A stretch of 64,000 nt of DNA from Candidatus Multivorans sp. (GCA_965247095.1 OZ251997.1:4064001-4128000); one strand, 5' to 3'; shown: positions 44,553 through 54,704, numbered from the stretch's first letter. Numbers and translations: made by a program. Notes: generated from the letters alone by a model not told the origin.

Positions 44553-44686
44553 CCTGGGAACCCGTGTGGCGCGACCCGCGCCACACGCGAACCACTCCGT
44601 GCGCCCGTCATCGGGCGCACGGATGGCACGCGGGCATCCTGCCCGCATCCGGCGCGGAGCGCCGGCCTCCGGTCGTTCTTCCGCGC
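44524..44686. mobile_element. Composite copy of the CTAG MITE carrying both hairpin modules
   Basis: CTAGGAACTTGCGCGGTAGAACGATTTGACCTGGGAAC, one 68 bp-type unit, GCGGGCATCCTGCCCGCATCCGGCGC, then GTTCTTCCGCGC; overlaps the murB stop. Confidence 0.72.
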
Positions 44687-44770
44687 CCTTTCCGGGTGAT
44701 ACAGGCTATTCTCTGAGGCCGACGCGAGACGAGGGCTCAGACGAGGCAGACGGAAGGAAAGGGAGAGACG

Positions 44771-45343
44771 ATGAAGGGGACTTTGAATAGGACATCGTGG
44801 CGGCGACCGGAAATGGTCCTGGCGTTCGTTGCGGCCATCGCGCTGCTGATCGGCGCCTGCGGCGGCGGGGGTGGTGTGGCCGAGGCGCGCGCCGGCTTCA
44901 TCGCGCAGTTGCAGTCGTTCACGGTTCAGGCCCCGGCTGCCGACGAGGCGATGGCATCCGACGAGGCGATGGCATCCGAGGAGGCCGACGCCGACGTCGA
45001 CGCAGAGGCCGATACCGAGGCCGACGCCGATGCGGAAGGCGACATGCCGGCCGAGCCCGCCATGGTGAGTGTCATGCTCGACATCCTGGTTCACAACGAG
45101 GGCGCCGGCACGCTCGACGGCATCACGGTCGACCTCACGATCGCCGACCCGGACGGCGCGGAGAAGGAGCGCCGGCTGCTCTGGATCGAGACTGCCGGGC
45201 TCACCAAGGGCTCCCAGACGCAGGTGGTCTACGACCTGAACGATGTCGCCTACACCGAGGGTGACGGCTTCCACGTCGAGGTCCGGCACCCGATCCCCAT
45301 GGAAGAGCGCGGCGACTACCGCGAGTTCGACGCCGAAAGCTGA
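44771..45343 (+). CDS. Hypothetical lipoprotein with acidic low-complexity linker
   Basis: Lipobox LIGAC; DEAMAS x2 (18 bp tandem repeat) and an (A/D/E)-rich tract; GGGAG RBS. Confidence 0.7.
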   Translation: MKGTLNRTSWRRPEMVLAFVAAIALLIGACGGGGGVAEARAGFIAQLQSFTVQAPAADEAMASDEAMASEEADADVDAEADTEADADAEGDMPAEPAMVSVMLDILVHNEGAGTLDGITVDLTIADPDGAEKERRLLWIETAGLTKGSQTQVVYDLNDVAYTEGDGFHVEVRHPIPMEERGDYREFDAES

Positions 45344-45373
45344 GGGTCGCGGATCGCTGGGTGCGCCGGCCGT

Positions 45374-45435
45374 TGTGGCGCGGGTCGCGCCACACGGGTT
45401 CCCAGGGCAGATCGTTCTGCCCTGCAAGCTCCTAG
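45374..45435. repeat. Inverted partial copy of the CTAG MITE
   Basis: Reverse complement reads CTAGGAGCTTGCAGGGCAGAACGATCTGCCCTGGGAACCCGTGTGGCGCGACCCGCGCCACA; its TAG is the stop of the wcaJ-like gene. Confidence 0.75.
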
Positions 45436-46859
45436 TACGCGTTCTTGGTCAGACCCCGGCGCAGGGTCAGCCACAGGATCTGGAAGTCGAGGCGGAGACT
45501 CCAGTTCTCGATGTAGTAGAGGTCGTACTGGATGCGCTTGCTGATCGAGGTGTTGCCCCGCCAGCCGTGCACCTGGGCCCAGCCGGTCAGCCCCGACTTC
45601 ACGCGGTGGCGCAGCATGTACTGCGGGATCTCGTTGCGGAACTTGCGGACGAACGCGGGACGCTCGGGGCGGGGGCCGACGATCGACATGTCGCCGCGAA
45701 AGATGTTCCAGAGCTGGGGTAGCTCGTCGAGCGACCAGCGCCGCAGGAAGGCGCCGATGCGGGTGCGGCGGGGATCGTCCTCGATCGCCCACACCGGCCC
45801 GGTGGTTGATTCGGCGTTGGCCCGCATCGAGCGGAACTTGAGGATCATGAAGGAGCGGCCGTCGAGTCCCATCCGCTCCTGCCGGTAGAACAGCGGTCCG
45901 CGGTCCTCGAGCTTGATCAGCACCAGCACGATCGGCAGCAGGGGCAGCAGCAGGGCCATGGCTGCCAGGGAAACGCCGATGTCCATCGTCCGCTTGGCCA
46001 GACTCGACCAGCCCTCCATCGGCACATGGGAGAGGTTGATGACCGGTGTGCCGTCCACGTCCTCCATGTCGGCGCGCAGCGTCGCGTACTGCAGGACGTT
46101 CGGCACCAGGCGGATCTCGATCAGCTCGTTGCCGATGCGGTCGAGCAAGTCGAGGATCTTCCGGTGCGCCTCGAACGGCAGGGCGATCATGACCTGATCG
46201 ACGTGGTATCGCTCGATTGCTGCTTCCAGGTCGTCGAGAGTGCCGATCACGCTGACGCCGCTGACGCGCTCGGTGGAGAGCTTGTCCGGGTCGTCGTCCA
46301 GGAAGCCCACGACCTCGTAGCCGAGTTCCCGGTGCCGGACCAGTTTGGCCGCAATCTCCTCGCCGCTGTCGCCGGCGCCGACGATCAGGATGCGGCGCAC
46401 GTTGTGCCCCCGACGCCGGACCACGCGCAGGACGGCGCGGGTGACGAAGCGGACCAGCGCGACCAGGAAGATGTCGCTGGCCGCGAACAGAGCGAAGAAG
46501 GCGCGGCTGTAGGAGAAGGGGTCGTCGCTGCCGGCCTGCGTCACGCGGTCGAAGGTCAGGACCGCGGTCAGGATCACGAGCGCCAGGACGGTCGCGACGA
46601 CGATGCTGATCGCTTCGTCCACCCGGCTGTGCCCGCGGCGGATGCGGTAGAGGCCGTGGAAGTAGTAGACCGTGGGCCAGATCAGCAGGATGAAGGGCAG
46701 CATCCTGAGGTACGGCTCGAAGTCCGGCGCCGACTTCGTCATTTCGATCACCGGCTGCACGAAGCGCAGGTACCAGGCCAGGAAGAAGGCGCCGACCGTG
46801 GCGGCGACATCGCCGGCGATGTTCAGCGTGGCGGTGACGCGGAGTCGGTTTTGGAGCAC
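45432..46859 (-). CDS. Undecaprenyl-phosphate glucose phosphotransferase (WcaJ-like)
   Basis: N-terminal TMs, Rossmann-like ILIVGAG..VGFLDD, KFRSM, DELPQL.N...GDMSIVGPRPE, GLTGWAQV; GTG start 46859. Confidence 0.9.
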   Translation of the reverse strand: MLQNRLRVTATLNIAGDVAATVGAFFLAWYLRFVQPVIEMTKSAPDFEPYLRMLPFILLIWPTVYYFHGLYRIRRGHSRVDEAISIVVATVLALVILTAVLTFDRVTQAGSDDPFSYSRAFFALFAASDIFLVALVRFVTRAVLRVVRRRGHNVRRILIVGAGDSGEEIAAKLVRHRELGYEVVGFLDDDPDKLSTERVSGVSVIGTLDDLEAAIERYHVDQVMIALPFEAHRKILDLLDRIGNELIEIRLVPNVLQYATLRADMEDVDGTPVINLSHVPMEGWSSLAKRTMDIGVSLAAMALLLPLLPIVLVLIKLEDRGPLFYRQERMGLDGRSFMILKFRSMRANAESTTGPVWAIEDDPRRTRIGAFLRRWSLDELPQLWNIFRGDMSIVGPRPERPAFVRKFRNEIPQYMLRHRVKSGLTGWAQVHGWRGNTSISKRIQYDLYYIENWSLRLDFQILWLTLRRGLTKNAY

Positions 46860-46923
46860 GGTGCTGGGATCGTGGGGGTGTAGGGGCGCCCGACTCTGGC
46901 GGGCGCCGGATGTTAACCGGCGG

Positions 46924-48081
46924 TCAGTGTCCCGTCTCCCCGAGTACGTCACGGTAGATCGCGAGAGTGCTCTCGGCGGCGGTCTGCCACTGGAATCCGG
47001 CGGCGCGGGAGGCGGCGCGGTCGGCGAGCTGCCGGGCGTGGTCCCGGTCCTTCATGCAGCGTTCGATGGCTCTCGCGATCTCCTCCACCTCGAGCGGATT
47101 GACGAGTTCCGCGTAACCTCGAGCGATCTCCTGGAGCGACGACGTGTTCGACGTGATCACGGGCGTCCGTGAGGCCATTGCCTCGACCACAGGCAGCCCG
47201 AAACCCTCGTACAGGGTGGGGTAGAGGAACAGGCTCGCGCCCTGGTAGAGCGCCGGAAGGGCGCGCGCCGGCACATGGCCGACGAGCTGGACATGGTCGC
47301 CGACCCCAAGCTGGCGGGCGCGGCGCTCGAGCTTGAAGTCGCTGCCGGGCCGCGCGCCGACGCAGACAAGGGGCGCCTCGAAGCCGGCACGTGAACGGGC
47401 CCTGGCGTACGCCTTGATCACCCGATCCAGGTTCTTGTGGGGCTTCGGATTGCCGACGAACAGCAGGTACGGCTGCCGGACTCCCACTTCCTCCAGGTGG
47501 GCGCCGAGTTCTTCCGCGCTGAGGAGTTGCCGGAAACGATCCTCGACGCCGTTGTACACGACCTTGATCTTCTCTTCCCGGATGTCGAAGTAGTCGAGAA
47601 CGTCGCTGCTCGTGTTCTGGGACACGGCAATGATCCGGTCGGCCCGGTTGACGCTGTGGCGAAACATGCGTTGGGCGTAGAGGGACGCCGCGCGGCTCGG
47701 CAGGAAGCCGGGGTAGAGCAGGTGGATGATGTCGTGGATCGTGACCACCGTCGGACACGGAACGAACGCCGGCAGGACGTAGTGGGTGGCGTGGTAGAGG
47801 TCGAGGCGCGACCGCGAGATGCGCCAGGTCATCATCCCGATCTCGCGCAGCGAGTAGACCGGCGACCGTTCGACGACGCAGCGGAAGTTCGCCGGCAGAT
47901 CGGCAGCGAAGTCGCGATCCTCGGGGCGGACGAACAGGACGTACTCGTTCGGGGCAGCGTCCACATCGGCGGCCGCTTCCTGTTCGGCCTCGATCCGGGC
48001 CAAGCCGCGGATCAGGTTGGAAACGTAGACCCCGATGCCGAAGTCGCGGACTTTGCGAGCGTCGATGCCGATGCGGGCCAT
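46924..48081 (-). CDS. GT4 family glycosyltransferase
   Basis: GIGVY, VTIHD, HKNL, YEGFGLPVVEAMA. Confidence 0.9.
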   Translation of the reverse strand: MARIGIDARKVRDFGIGVYVSNLIRGLARIEAEQEAAADVDAAPNEYVLFVRPEDRDFAADLPANFRCVVERSPVYSLREIGMMTWRISRSRLDLYHATHYVLPAFVPCPTVVTIHDIIHLLYPGFLPSRAASLYAQRMFRHSVNRADRIIAVSQNTSSDVLDYFDIREEKIKVVYNGVEDRFRQLLSAEELGAHLEEVGVRQPYLLFVGNPKPHKNLDRVIKAYARARSRAGFEAPLVCVGARPGSDFKLERRARQLGVGDHVQLVGHVPARALPALYQGASLFLYPTLYEGFGLPVVEAMASRTPVITSNTSSLQEIARGYAELVNPLEVEEIARAIERCMKDRDHARQLADRAASRAAGFQWQTAAESTLAIYRDVLGETGH

Positions 48082-48236
48082 CGCGCAAGCCTAGCGCCGC
48101 CGGGCGCTTCACGGCGCGTGTCCGGCATTGACAGTTGCCACGACGCTTCGTAGCCTCTCCGGTTTGCCCGGTTGCGCCTGGCCGGTTTGTGCGGCGGCTT
48201 GAGTTAGCGACGGCGGTACGCTTGGTGGTGAATGAG

Positions 48237-48782
48237 ATGCACCTGCAGCTCGACCAAGCTCGCAACGGCCCCCTGCACTGGCACGAAGACGTTTCAGTGG
48301 CGGCTGACGACTCGGACCGCGACGAAGCGCCCGTGCTCGGCAGCGTGGACTGCAAGGGCAGTCTCACGTTCGTCGGGCCGGACTTCCTGCTGCAGGCGAG
48401 ACTGCACTACCGGCAGAGGCTCCACTGCGACCGCTGCCTGAGCGCCTGCGAGCAGGAAGTCGAACTGCCGCTCGCGTTCGTCGTGATCAATCGGCGTGAA
48501 GATGCGTCCCCGGCCGCGGATGGGGCCGGCGGGCGTGAACTGGAGCCGGAGGATTTGTCGACGCTCACCGCGGTGGAGGGCGAAGTCGACCTGGCCGTTC
48601 TGGTCCGGGAGCAGGTCGAGTTGAACGCGCCGATGAAACAGATCTGCGATCCAGCCTGCCGCGGACTGTGTCCGCAGTGCGGAACGGACTGGAACCGCGG
48701 GGAATGCACCTGCGCCAAGGACCAGGTCGACCCGCGCTGGTCGGCCTTGGAAGCGGTACGCGAACGACTTGGCGGAATCTGA
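48237..48782 (+). CDS. yceD: DUF177/YceD family protein
   Basis: CDRCL, CDPACRGLCPQCG, DPRWSAL; directly upstream of rpmF. Confidence 0.88.
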   Translation: MHLQLDQARNGPLHWHEDVSVAADDSDRDEAPVLGSVDCKGSLTFVGPDFLLQARLHYRQRLHCDRCLSACEQEVELPLAFVVINRREDASPAADGAGGRELEPEDLSTLTAVEGEVDLAVLVREQVELNAPMKQICDPACRGLCPQCGTDWNRGECTCAKDQVDPRWSALEAVRERLGGI

Positions 48783-48798
48783 ACTAGTGTTGCCTACC

Positions 48799-48825
48799 GC
48801 TGCGCCGCCGAAGCGGCGGCGCAGC
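48799..48825. repeat. Perfect 12 bp GC hairpin between yceD and rpmF
   Basis: GCTGCGCCGCCG-AAG-CGGCGGCGCAGC; same core as the 53392-53449 hairpin. Confidence 0.6.
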
Positions 48826-48869
48826 CTGCTGGACGATCAAGCTGGACGACCCAGAAAGGAACCCTTGAA

Positions 48870-49055
48870 ATGCCAAATCCCAAACGACGGCACTCGAAGG
48901 CGCGTCGCGACCGGAGACGGACCCATGACAGGCTGAAGCGGCCCGCCGGGTCGTTGTGCCCGAACTGCGGCGAAACCAAGCTGCCGCACCGCGCCTGTAG
49001 CCACTGCGGTCACTACCGCGGCCGCGACGTAATCGAGATCGACGACGTCCTCTAG
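48870..49055 (+). CDS. rpmF: 50S ribosomal protein L32 (zinc-ribbon type)
   Basis: [33 protein letters not shown]. Confidence 0.96.
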   Translation: MPNPKRRHSKARRDRRRTHDRLKRPAGSLCPNCGETKLPHRACSHCGHYRGRDVIEIDDVL

Positions 49056-49132
49056 CAGCCCGCTGGCAGCCCGTTGGGCAAACCCCCTCGGGCGCTACAC
49101 TGGTCGTTTACTGACTCGGAGTTGACTCTGAA

Positions 49133-50191
49133 TTGACGGATCGAGGTTCAGCGCGAACCCCAACCGTGATCGCCGTCGATGCGATGGGCGGCGACCACGC
49201 CCCCCGGGCCGTGGTTGAGGGCGCGCTGTTGGCGGCGCGTCAACGTAGGCTCCGGCTCATTCTCGTGGGCCGCCGGCCGATCCTCGAGCAGGAGATCGAG
49301 AACTTCGAGCCCAAGTCTGGTGTCCGGGATCGGGTCGAGATCGTGCATGCCGGCGAGGTCGTTGGCATGGGCGAGTCCGCGCTCGCGGTGCGTCGCAAGC
49401 GCGACTCTTCGGTGCGCGTCTGTGCCCGCCTGGTCAAGGATGGCCGGGCGCAGGCCATGGTGACCGCGGGCAACACCGGCGCCGCCCTGGTCGCCGGCAA
49501 GATGGTGATCGGCGTGGCGCCCGGGGTCGATCGACCGGCCCTCGCGGTGACCATGCCGCGTCGCGTCGGTCGAACCATCCTGCTGGACGCGGGCGCCAAC
49601 GTCAACTCGAAGCCCGACCAACTCCGTCAGTTCGCGGTCATGGGCCACTACCTGGCCCAGCAACTGCTGCGGATGACCTCGCCGCGCATCGGCTTGCTGT
49701 CGATCGGCGAGGAGGCCGGGAAGGGCACCGACCTGGTCCGTGAGGTGTTCAAGTCGCTCGACGCCACGGGACTCAACTTCGTCGGCAACGTCGAGGGCCG
49801 CGACGTGTTCAGCGGCACCGCCGATGTCGTCGTCTGCGACGGCTTCGTCGGCAACGCGATCCTGAAGAGCGCCGAGGCGCTCGCGGAGTTCGTGGGCGGC
49901 CAGTTGCGCGAGGAGATGGGCCGCACCCTCCGGTCTCGGCTCGGCTATCTGCTGGCCCGGCCCGCCTTCGAGCGCTTCAAGAGCCGGATCGACTACAGCG
50001 AGTACGGCGGCGCGCCGCTGCTCGGTCTGCGCGGCGGTTGCTTCGTCGCCCACGGCCGTTCGTCCGCCCACGCCATCTGCAGCGCGGTGCAGCGCGCGGT
50101 GGAGTTCTGCGAGGCGGGCATCCACGTCAAGGTCAGCGCCAAGCTGTCGGAGGTCGCCTTCGAGGCGTCGCCAAAGGCGGTATCGGGATGA
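49133..50191 (+). CDS. plsX: Phosphate acyltransferase PlsX
   Basis: IAVDAMGGDHAP, AGNTGA, DRPA, DAGAN, GNVEG, CDGFVGN, HGRS. Confidence 0.95.
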   Translation: MTDRGSARTPTVIAVDAMGGDHAPRAVVEGALLAARQRRLRLILVGRRPILEQEIENFEPKSGVRDRVEIVHAGEVVGMGESALAVRRKRDSSVRVCARLVKDGRAQAMVTAGNTGAALVAGKMVIGVAPGVDRPALAVTMPRRVGRTILLDAGANVNSKPDQLRQFAVMGHYLAQQLLRMTSPRIGLLSIGEEAGKGTDLVREVFKSLDATGLNFVGNVEGRDVFSGTADVVVCDGFVGNAILKSAEALAEFVGGQLREEMGRTLRSRLGYLLARPAFERFKSRIDYSEYGGAPLLGLRGGCFVAHGRSSAHAICSAVQRAVEFCEAGIHVKVSAKLSEVAFEASPKAVSG

Positions 50192-51231
50192 CGAACGGGC
50201 TGAGGGGAGCTTCTGTCAACGGCGCACGGCGGGTCCGGATCGCCGGCACCGGGAAGGCCGTGCCCGACAAGATTCTCACCAACGCCGACTTCGAGCGCAT
50301 GGTCGACACCTCGAACGAGTGGATCGTCGCCCGAACCGGCATCCACGAACGACGGGTCGCCACCGACGACGAGTACACGTCGATCTTTGCCGTTCAAGCC
50401 GCGCGCGAGGCGATGGAGATGGCCGGTGTGGCGCCCGCGGAGGTGGATCTCATCCTGATCTCGACGGTGACGCCGGACATGCCCTTTCCGTCCACTGCCT
50501 GCCTGGTGCAGGAAGAAATCGGTGCGAAGGACGCGGCCTCCTTCGATCTGAACGCGGGCTGCACGGGCTTCATCTACGGTCTTTCGGTCGGGTACCAGTA
50601 CGTCTCCAGCGGCGCCGCCTCGACGGCTCTGGTGATCGGCGCCGAGTCGCTGACCAAGTACACGGACTACGAGGACCGCTCGACCTGCGTTCTGTTCGGC
50701 GACGGCGCGGGTGCGGTCGTGCTGCGCGGCGAAGCCCCCCCGGCGCCGAGTTCGGAGAACGGGCTGCCGGGCGTCCTCTCCGTGGCGATCCACAGCGACG
50801 GTTCGCTGGCCCACCTGCTCGAGATGCCGGGCGGCGGCAGTCGCAATCCTCCGAACCGTCCGGAGACGCTGGAAGCGCGGCTGCCCTTCATCCGGATGCT
50901 CGGCAACGAGACCTTCAAGGTCGCGGTCCGCACCCTGGCCGAGGTCTCAGGCGAAGTGCTCGCCGACGCCGGCCAGGCGCCGGAAGACGTCAAGTGGCTC
51001 ATTCCCCATCAGGCGAACCGCCGGATCATCGACGCCGTGGGGCGCCGGATCGACGTGCCCGCCGACCGCGTGTACGTCAACATCGATCGTTACGGCAACA
51101 CATCGGCCGCGTCCATCCCGATCGCGCTCGACGAACTGAACCGCGACGGGCGGATCGACCCCGGGGACCTGGTCCTGATGGCGGCCTTCGGCGCCGGGCT
51201 GACCTGGGGCGCCGCCGCGGTCCGCTTCTAA
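50188..51231 (+). CDS. fabH: 3-oxoacyl-ACP synthase III
   Basis: AGCTGF, LFGDGAGA, PHQAN, GNTSAAS, FGAGLTWG; ATGA overlap with plsX. Confidence 0.95.
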   Translation: MTNGLRGASVNGARRVRIAGTGKAVPDKILTNADFERMVDTSNEWIVARTGIHERRVATDDEYTSIFAVQAAREAMEMAGVAPAEVDLILISTVTPDMPFPSTACLVQEEIGAKDAASFDLNAGCTGFIYGLSVGYQYVSSGAASTALVIGAESLTKYTDYEDRSTCVLFGDGAGAVVLRGEAPPAPSSENGLPGVLSVAIHSDGSLAHLLEMPGGGSRNPPNRPETLEARLPFIRMLGNETFKVAVRTLAEVSGEVLADAGQAPEDVKWLIPHQANRRIIDAVGRRIDVPADRVYVNIDRYGNTSAASIPIALDELNRDGRIDPGDLVLMAAFGAGLTWGAAAVRF

Positions 51232-51259
51232 GCCGGAGCGGAATCGTAGGGATGGACCG

Positions 51260-52186
51260 ATGAGTGGGGTGGCGTACGTCTTTCCGGGCCAGGGCTCGCA
51301 GCGGGTCGGCATGGGCCGGGCGTTGGCTTTGGCCTTTCCGGAGGCGCGGGCGGTCTTCGAGGAAGCGGACGACACCCTCGGTTTCGCACTGTCTGTGCTT
51401 TGCTTCGAGGGGCCTGAGGACGAGCTTCAACTGACGGCCAACACCCAGCCCGCGATCGTCGCCGCATCGGTGGCGGCGCTCCGCTGTTTCCGGGCTCAGG
51501 GTCTGGAGACGGAAACGCCGGACTTCGTCGCCGGTCACAGCCTGGGCGAGTACTCGGCGCTCGTCGCGGCCAACGCGCTCGAACTCGGCGACGCTCTGCG
51601 CCTGGTCCGGGCCCGGGGCGAGGCGATGCAGAAGGCGGTGCCGGTGGGCGAGGGCGCGATGGCCGCGGTGCTTGGCCTGAGCGTCGAAGACACGGCGGAG
51701 GTCGCCGCCGAAGCGGCGGGCGACACTGGCGGGGTCTGCCAACTCGCCAACCTGAACGCGCCGGGGCAGGTCGTGATCGCCGGCGCCAGCGAAGCGGTGG
51801 AGCGGGCGATGGTGCTGGCGAGTGACCGGGGTGCGCGCCGGGCGATTTCGCTGCCGGTTTCGGCGCCATTCCACTGCGCCCTGATGGCGCCCGCCCGCCG
51901 GGCAATGGCGCCGCTGATTCAGGCGGCGCCGATGGCGGACCCACAGGTACCTGTGGTCTGCAACGTGGATGCGGCGCCGGTGACCTGCGCGTCCGCGGCC
52001 AGGTACGCGCTGGTGCGGCAGATCGACGGCCCCGTGCGCTGGGCGGAGTCGGTGACGGTGATGGCGGCAGAAGGCGTCGGCCGGCTGATCGAGTTCGGCC
52101 CGGGTAAGGTACTTTCCGGCCTCGCACGGCGGATCGATCGAAGGCTGAAGGTCCAGTCGGTGGCCGAGCCGGGCGACATGGAGTGA
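51260..52186 (+). CDS. fabD: Malonyl-CoA:ACP transacylase
   Basis: FPGQGSQ, GHSLGEY, VSAPFH, GPGKVL. Confidence 0.95.
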   Translation: MSGVAYVFPGQGSQRVGMGRALALAFPEARAVFEEADDTLGFALSVLCFEGPEDELQLTANTQPAIVAASVAALRCFRAQGLETETPDFVAGHSLGEYSALVAANALELGDALRLVRARGEAMQKAVPVGEGAMAAVLGLSVEDTAEVAAEAAGDTGGVCQLANLNAPGQVVIAGASEAVERAMVLASDRGARRAISLPVSAPFHCALMAPARRAMAPLIQAAPMADPQVPVVCNVDAAPVTCASAARYALVRQIDGPVRWAESVTVMAAEGVGRLIEFGPGKVLSGLARRIDRRLKVQSVAEPGDME

Positions 52187-52938
52187 CGATCATGAGCATC
52201 TTCGATCTGAGCGGACGGACGGCGCTGGTCACCGGCGCCTCGCGCGGGATCGGCCGCGGCTGTGCCGTGCTGCTGGCGCGGCAGGGCGCCCGCGTGGTGC
52301 TGGCGGCCCGGAACGAGGAACTGCTCGGCGAAGTCGCCGCGGAAATCGCCGCTTCAGGGGGCGAGGCCCATGCGATGGCGCTCGATCTGGCCGATCACGA
52401 ACAGGTACCCGGCGCCGTGCGGCAGCTTCCGAAGGAGTTCGCGGCGGTCGACATCCTGGTCAACAACGCCGGCATCACGGCCGACAACCTGTTGGCCCGG
52501 ATGACCCTGGACCAGTGGCAGCGGGTGCAGGACGTGAACCTGACCGGCGTCTTCGTCCTGACCAAGGCGCTCGTGCGGGGCATGATGCGCCGCCGCTTCG
52601 GGCGGATCGTTTCGGTGTCATCGGTGGCCGGCGTGCTCGGCAACGCCGGGCAGGCGAACTACGCCGCCTCGAAGGCCGGGCTGATCGGGTTCAGCAAGTC
52701 CCTCGCTCGCGAGCTGCTGAGCCGGGGGATCACGGTGAACGTTGTCGCGCCGGGCTTCATCGAGACGGACATGACCGCCGCGATGCCGGAGGGCGCCGGC
52801 GAGCGCTTCCTGGAGCAGTACGGCCTTATGCGTCTCGGCACCGTGGACGACATTGCGCCCGCGGTGCTGTTTCTTTCGAGCGACGAGGCGTCCTATGTCA
52901 CCGGCGAAGTCCTGAGCATCAGCGGCGGGATGACCTGA
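52183..52938 (+). CDS. fabG: 3-oxoacyl-ACP reductase
   Basis: TGASRGIG, NNAGIT, YAASK, PGFIETDMT. Confidence 0.95.
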   Translation: MTIMSIFDLSGRTALVTGASRGIGRGCAVLLARQGARVVLAARNEELLGEVAAEIAASGGEAHAMALDLADHEQVPGAVRQLPKEFAAVDILVNNAGITADNLLARMTLDQWQRVQDVNLTGVFVLTKALVRGMMRRRFGRIVSVSSVAGVLGNAGQANYAASKAGLIGFSKSLARELLSRGITVNVVAPGFIETDMTAAMPEGAGERFLEQYGLMRLGTVDDIAPAVLFLSSDEASYVTGEVLSISGGMT

Positions 52939-53041
52939 AGCGCGGCTAGTTGGACGGATCGCCCTTGTGGTGGCATAGTCTCCGTCTGTCAGCGGGCCGG
53001 AAAGGCCAGCCCTGCGCGAACCCCCTTAGAGAGGAACCAGA

Positions 53042-53281
53042 ATGTCCGTAGTCGAAAAGGTCAATAGCATCATTGTCGAGCAGCTCGGAGTCGATGCCGA
53101 CGAAGTCACTCCCCGGGCCAGTTTCACCGACGACCTCGGTGCGGACTCGCTCGACATCGTCGAGTTGGTCATGGCCTTCGAGGAGGAGTTCGGCATCGAG
53201 ATTCCCGACGAGGATGCCGAGAAGATCGGCTCCGTCAAGGAAGCCACCGACTACATCCAGGCGCACGGGGGCGACAACTAG
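53042..53281 (+). CDS. acpP: Acyl carrier protein
   Basis: [32 protein letters not shown]. Confidence 0.97.
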   Translation: MSVVEKVNSIIVEQLGVDADEVTPRASFTDDLGADSLDIVELVMAFEEEFGIEIPDEDAEKIGSVKEATDYIQAHGGDN

Positions 53282-53391
53282 CGCCCCGCGTTGGACCGGC
53301 GCCTTGGCCGGCGCCGGCGGCCCCGAGCGGATTCGCTGACAGCGCCGCCAAACCCGTCACAGACTCCGTGTTTGGCCCCATCCCCCACCTC

Positions 53392-53449
53392 TCCAGTTGG
53401 CCGCGCCGCCGAACGCAACGGAGTGCATTCGGCGGCGCAGCCAACTGGA
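53392..53449. promoter_or_regulatory. Long 26 bp inverted repeat in the acpP-fabF spacer
   Basis: TCCAGTTGGCCGCGCCGCCGAACGCA and TGCATTCGGCGGCGCAGCCAACTGGA pair at 24 of 26 positions; the stem ends 13 nt before the fabF ATG. Confidence 0.65.
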
Positions 53450-53462
53450 TGGATTCGGGCAT

Positions 53463-54704
53463 ATGAGCGACCGCAGACGCGTCGTCATCACCGGTGTCGG
53501 CCTGGTGTCCCCGCTCGCGGTGGGGACGGAGGCCACGTGGTCCGGCCTGATGGAGGGCCGGAGCGGCGTCGGTGCGATGACGCGGGTTGACTCGTCCCCG
53601 TACACGACGAAGATCGCCGCCGAAGTGCGGGACTTCGACGCGGAGCAGTTCATGCCCCGGAAGGACATCCGCCGCGTCGATCTCTTCATCCAGTTCGCCG
53701 TGGCGGCGGCAGCCCTGGCCCGTGAGGACTCGGGGCTCGAGATCGATGAGGCGAACGCCGATCGCGTCGCCACGGTCGTCGGCTCGGGCATGGGCGGGCT
53801 GCCGCTGATCGAGCACATGCACGACGTGTGGCGCGACCGCGGACCGCGCCGGGTGTCCCCGTTCTTCATCCCCGGCCTGATCGCCAACATGGCGTCCGGC
53901 CAGATCTCGATCCGGCACGGCGCCAAGGGACCGAACTCCTGTCCCACGACCGCCTGCACGACCGGCCTGCACGGGGTCGGCGATGCGTTCCGCCTGATTC
54001 AGCACGGCTACGCCGACGCGGCCTTCGCCGGCGGCACGGAGGCCACGACCTGCGACCTGGCGGTGGCCGGCTTCGGGGCGATGAAGGCGCTCTCGGTGCG
54101 CAACGACGAGCCGGACAGGGCGTCCCGGCCCTGGGATGTCGGCCGCGACGGCTTCGTTCTTGGCGAGGGCTCCGGGGTGCTGATCCTGGAGGAGCGCGAG
54201 GCGGCTCTGGCCCGCGGCGCCCATGCCTATGCCGAAATCCTGGGTTACGGCATGAGCGCAGACGCCTACCACGTGTCGGCGCCGGAACCCGAAGGCGACG
54301 GCGCGGCGCGGGTGATGAAGGCGACGCTCGACGACGCCGGGATCACGCCGGAACGGATCGACTACATCAATGCCCACGGCACCTCGACGCCGCTCGGCGA
54401 CATTGCCGAGGTCCGGGCGATCAAGCGCGTTTTCGGCGACCACGCCTACCGGTTGGCCGTGTCCTCGACGAAGTCGTCGATGGGGCACCTGCTGGGAGCG
54501 GCGGGCGGCGTCGAAGCGGGCATCCTGGCGCTCGCCATCGACCGGCAGGCGCTGCCGGCAACGCTCAACCTCGATCAGCCCGACGAGGAGTGCGACCTGG
54601 ACTTCGTGCCCCACGAGCCCCGCGACGCAAAGGTCGAGGTCGCGCTGACCAACTCCTTCGGCTTCGGCGGCACGAACGGCGCCCTGATCATGGCCCGGGC
54701 GTAG
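53463..54704 (+). CDS. fabF: 3-oxoacyl-ACP synthase II
   Basis: TACTTG, DGFVLGEG, NAHGTST, KSSMGHLLGAAG, NSFGFGGTN. Confidence 0.96.
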   Translation: MSDRRRVVITGVGLVSPLAVGTEATWSGLMEGRSGVGAMTRVDSSPYTTKIAAEVRDFDAEQFMPRKDIRRVDLFIQFAVAAAALAREDSGLEIDEANADRVATVVGSGMGGLPLIEHMHDVWRDRGPRRVSPFFIPGLIANMASGQISIRHGAKGPNSCPTTACTTGLHGVGDAFRLIQHGYADAAFAGGTEATTCDLAVAGFGAMKALSVRNDEPDRASRPWDVGRDGFVLGEGSGVLILEEREAALARGAHAYAEILGYGMSADAYHVSAPEPEGDGAARVMKATLDDAGITPERIDYINAHGTSTPLGDIAEVRAIKRVFGDHAYRLAVSSTKSSMGHLLGAAGGVEAGILALAIDRQALPATLNLDQPDEECDLDFVPHEPRDAKVEVALTNSFGFGGTNGALIMARA

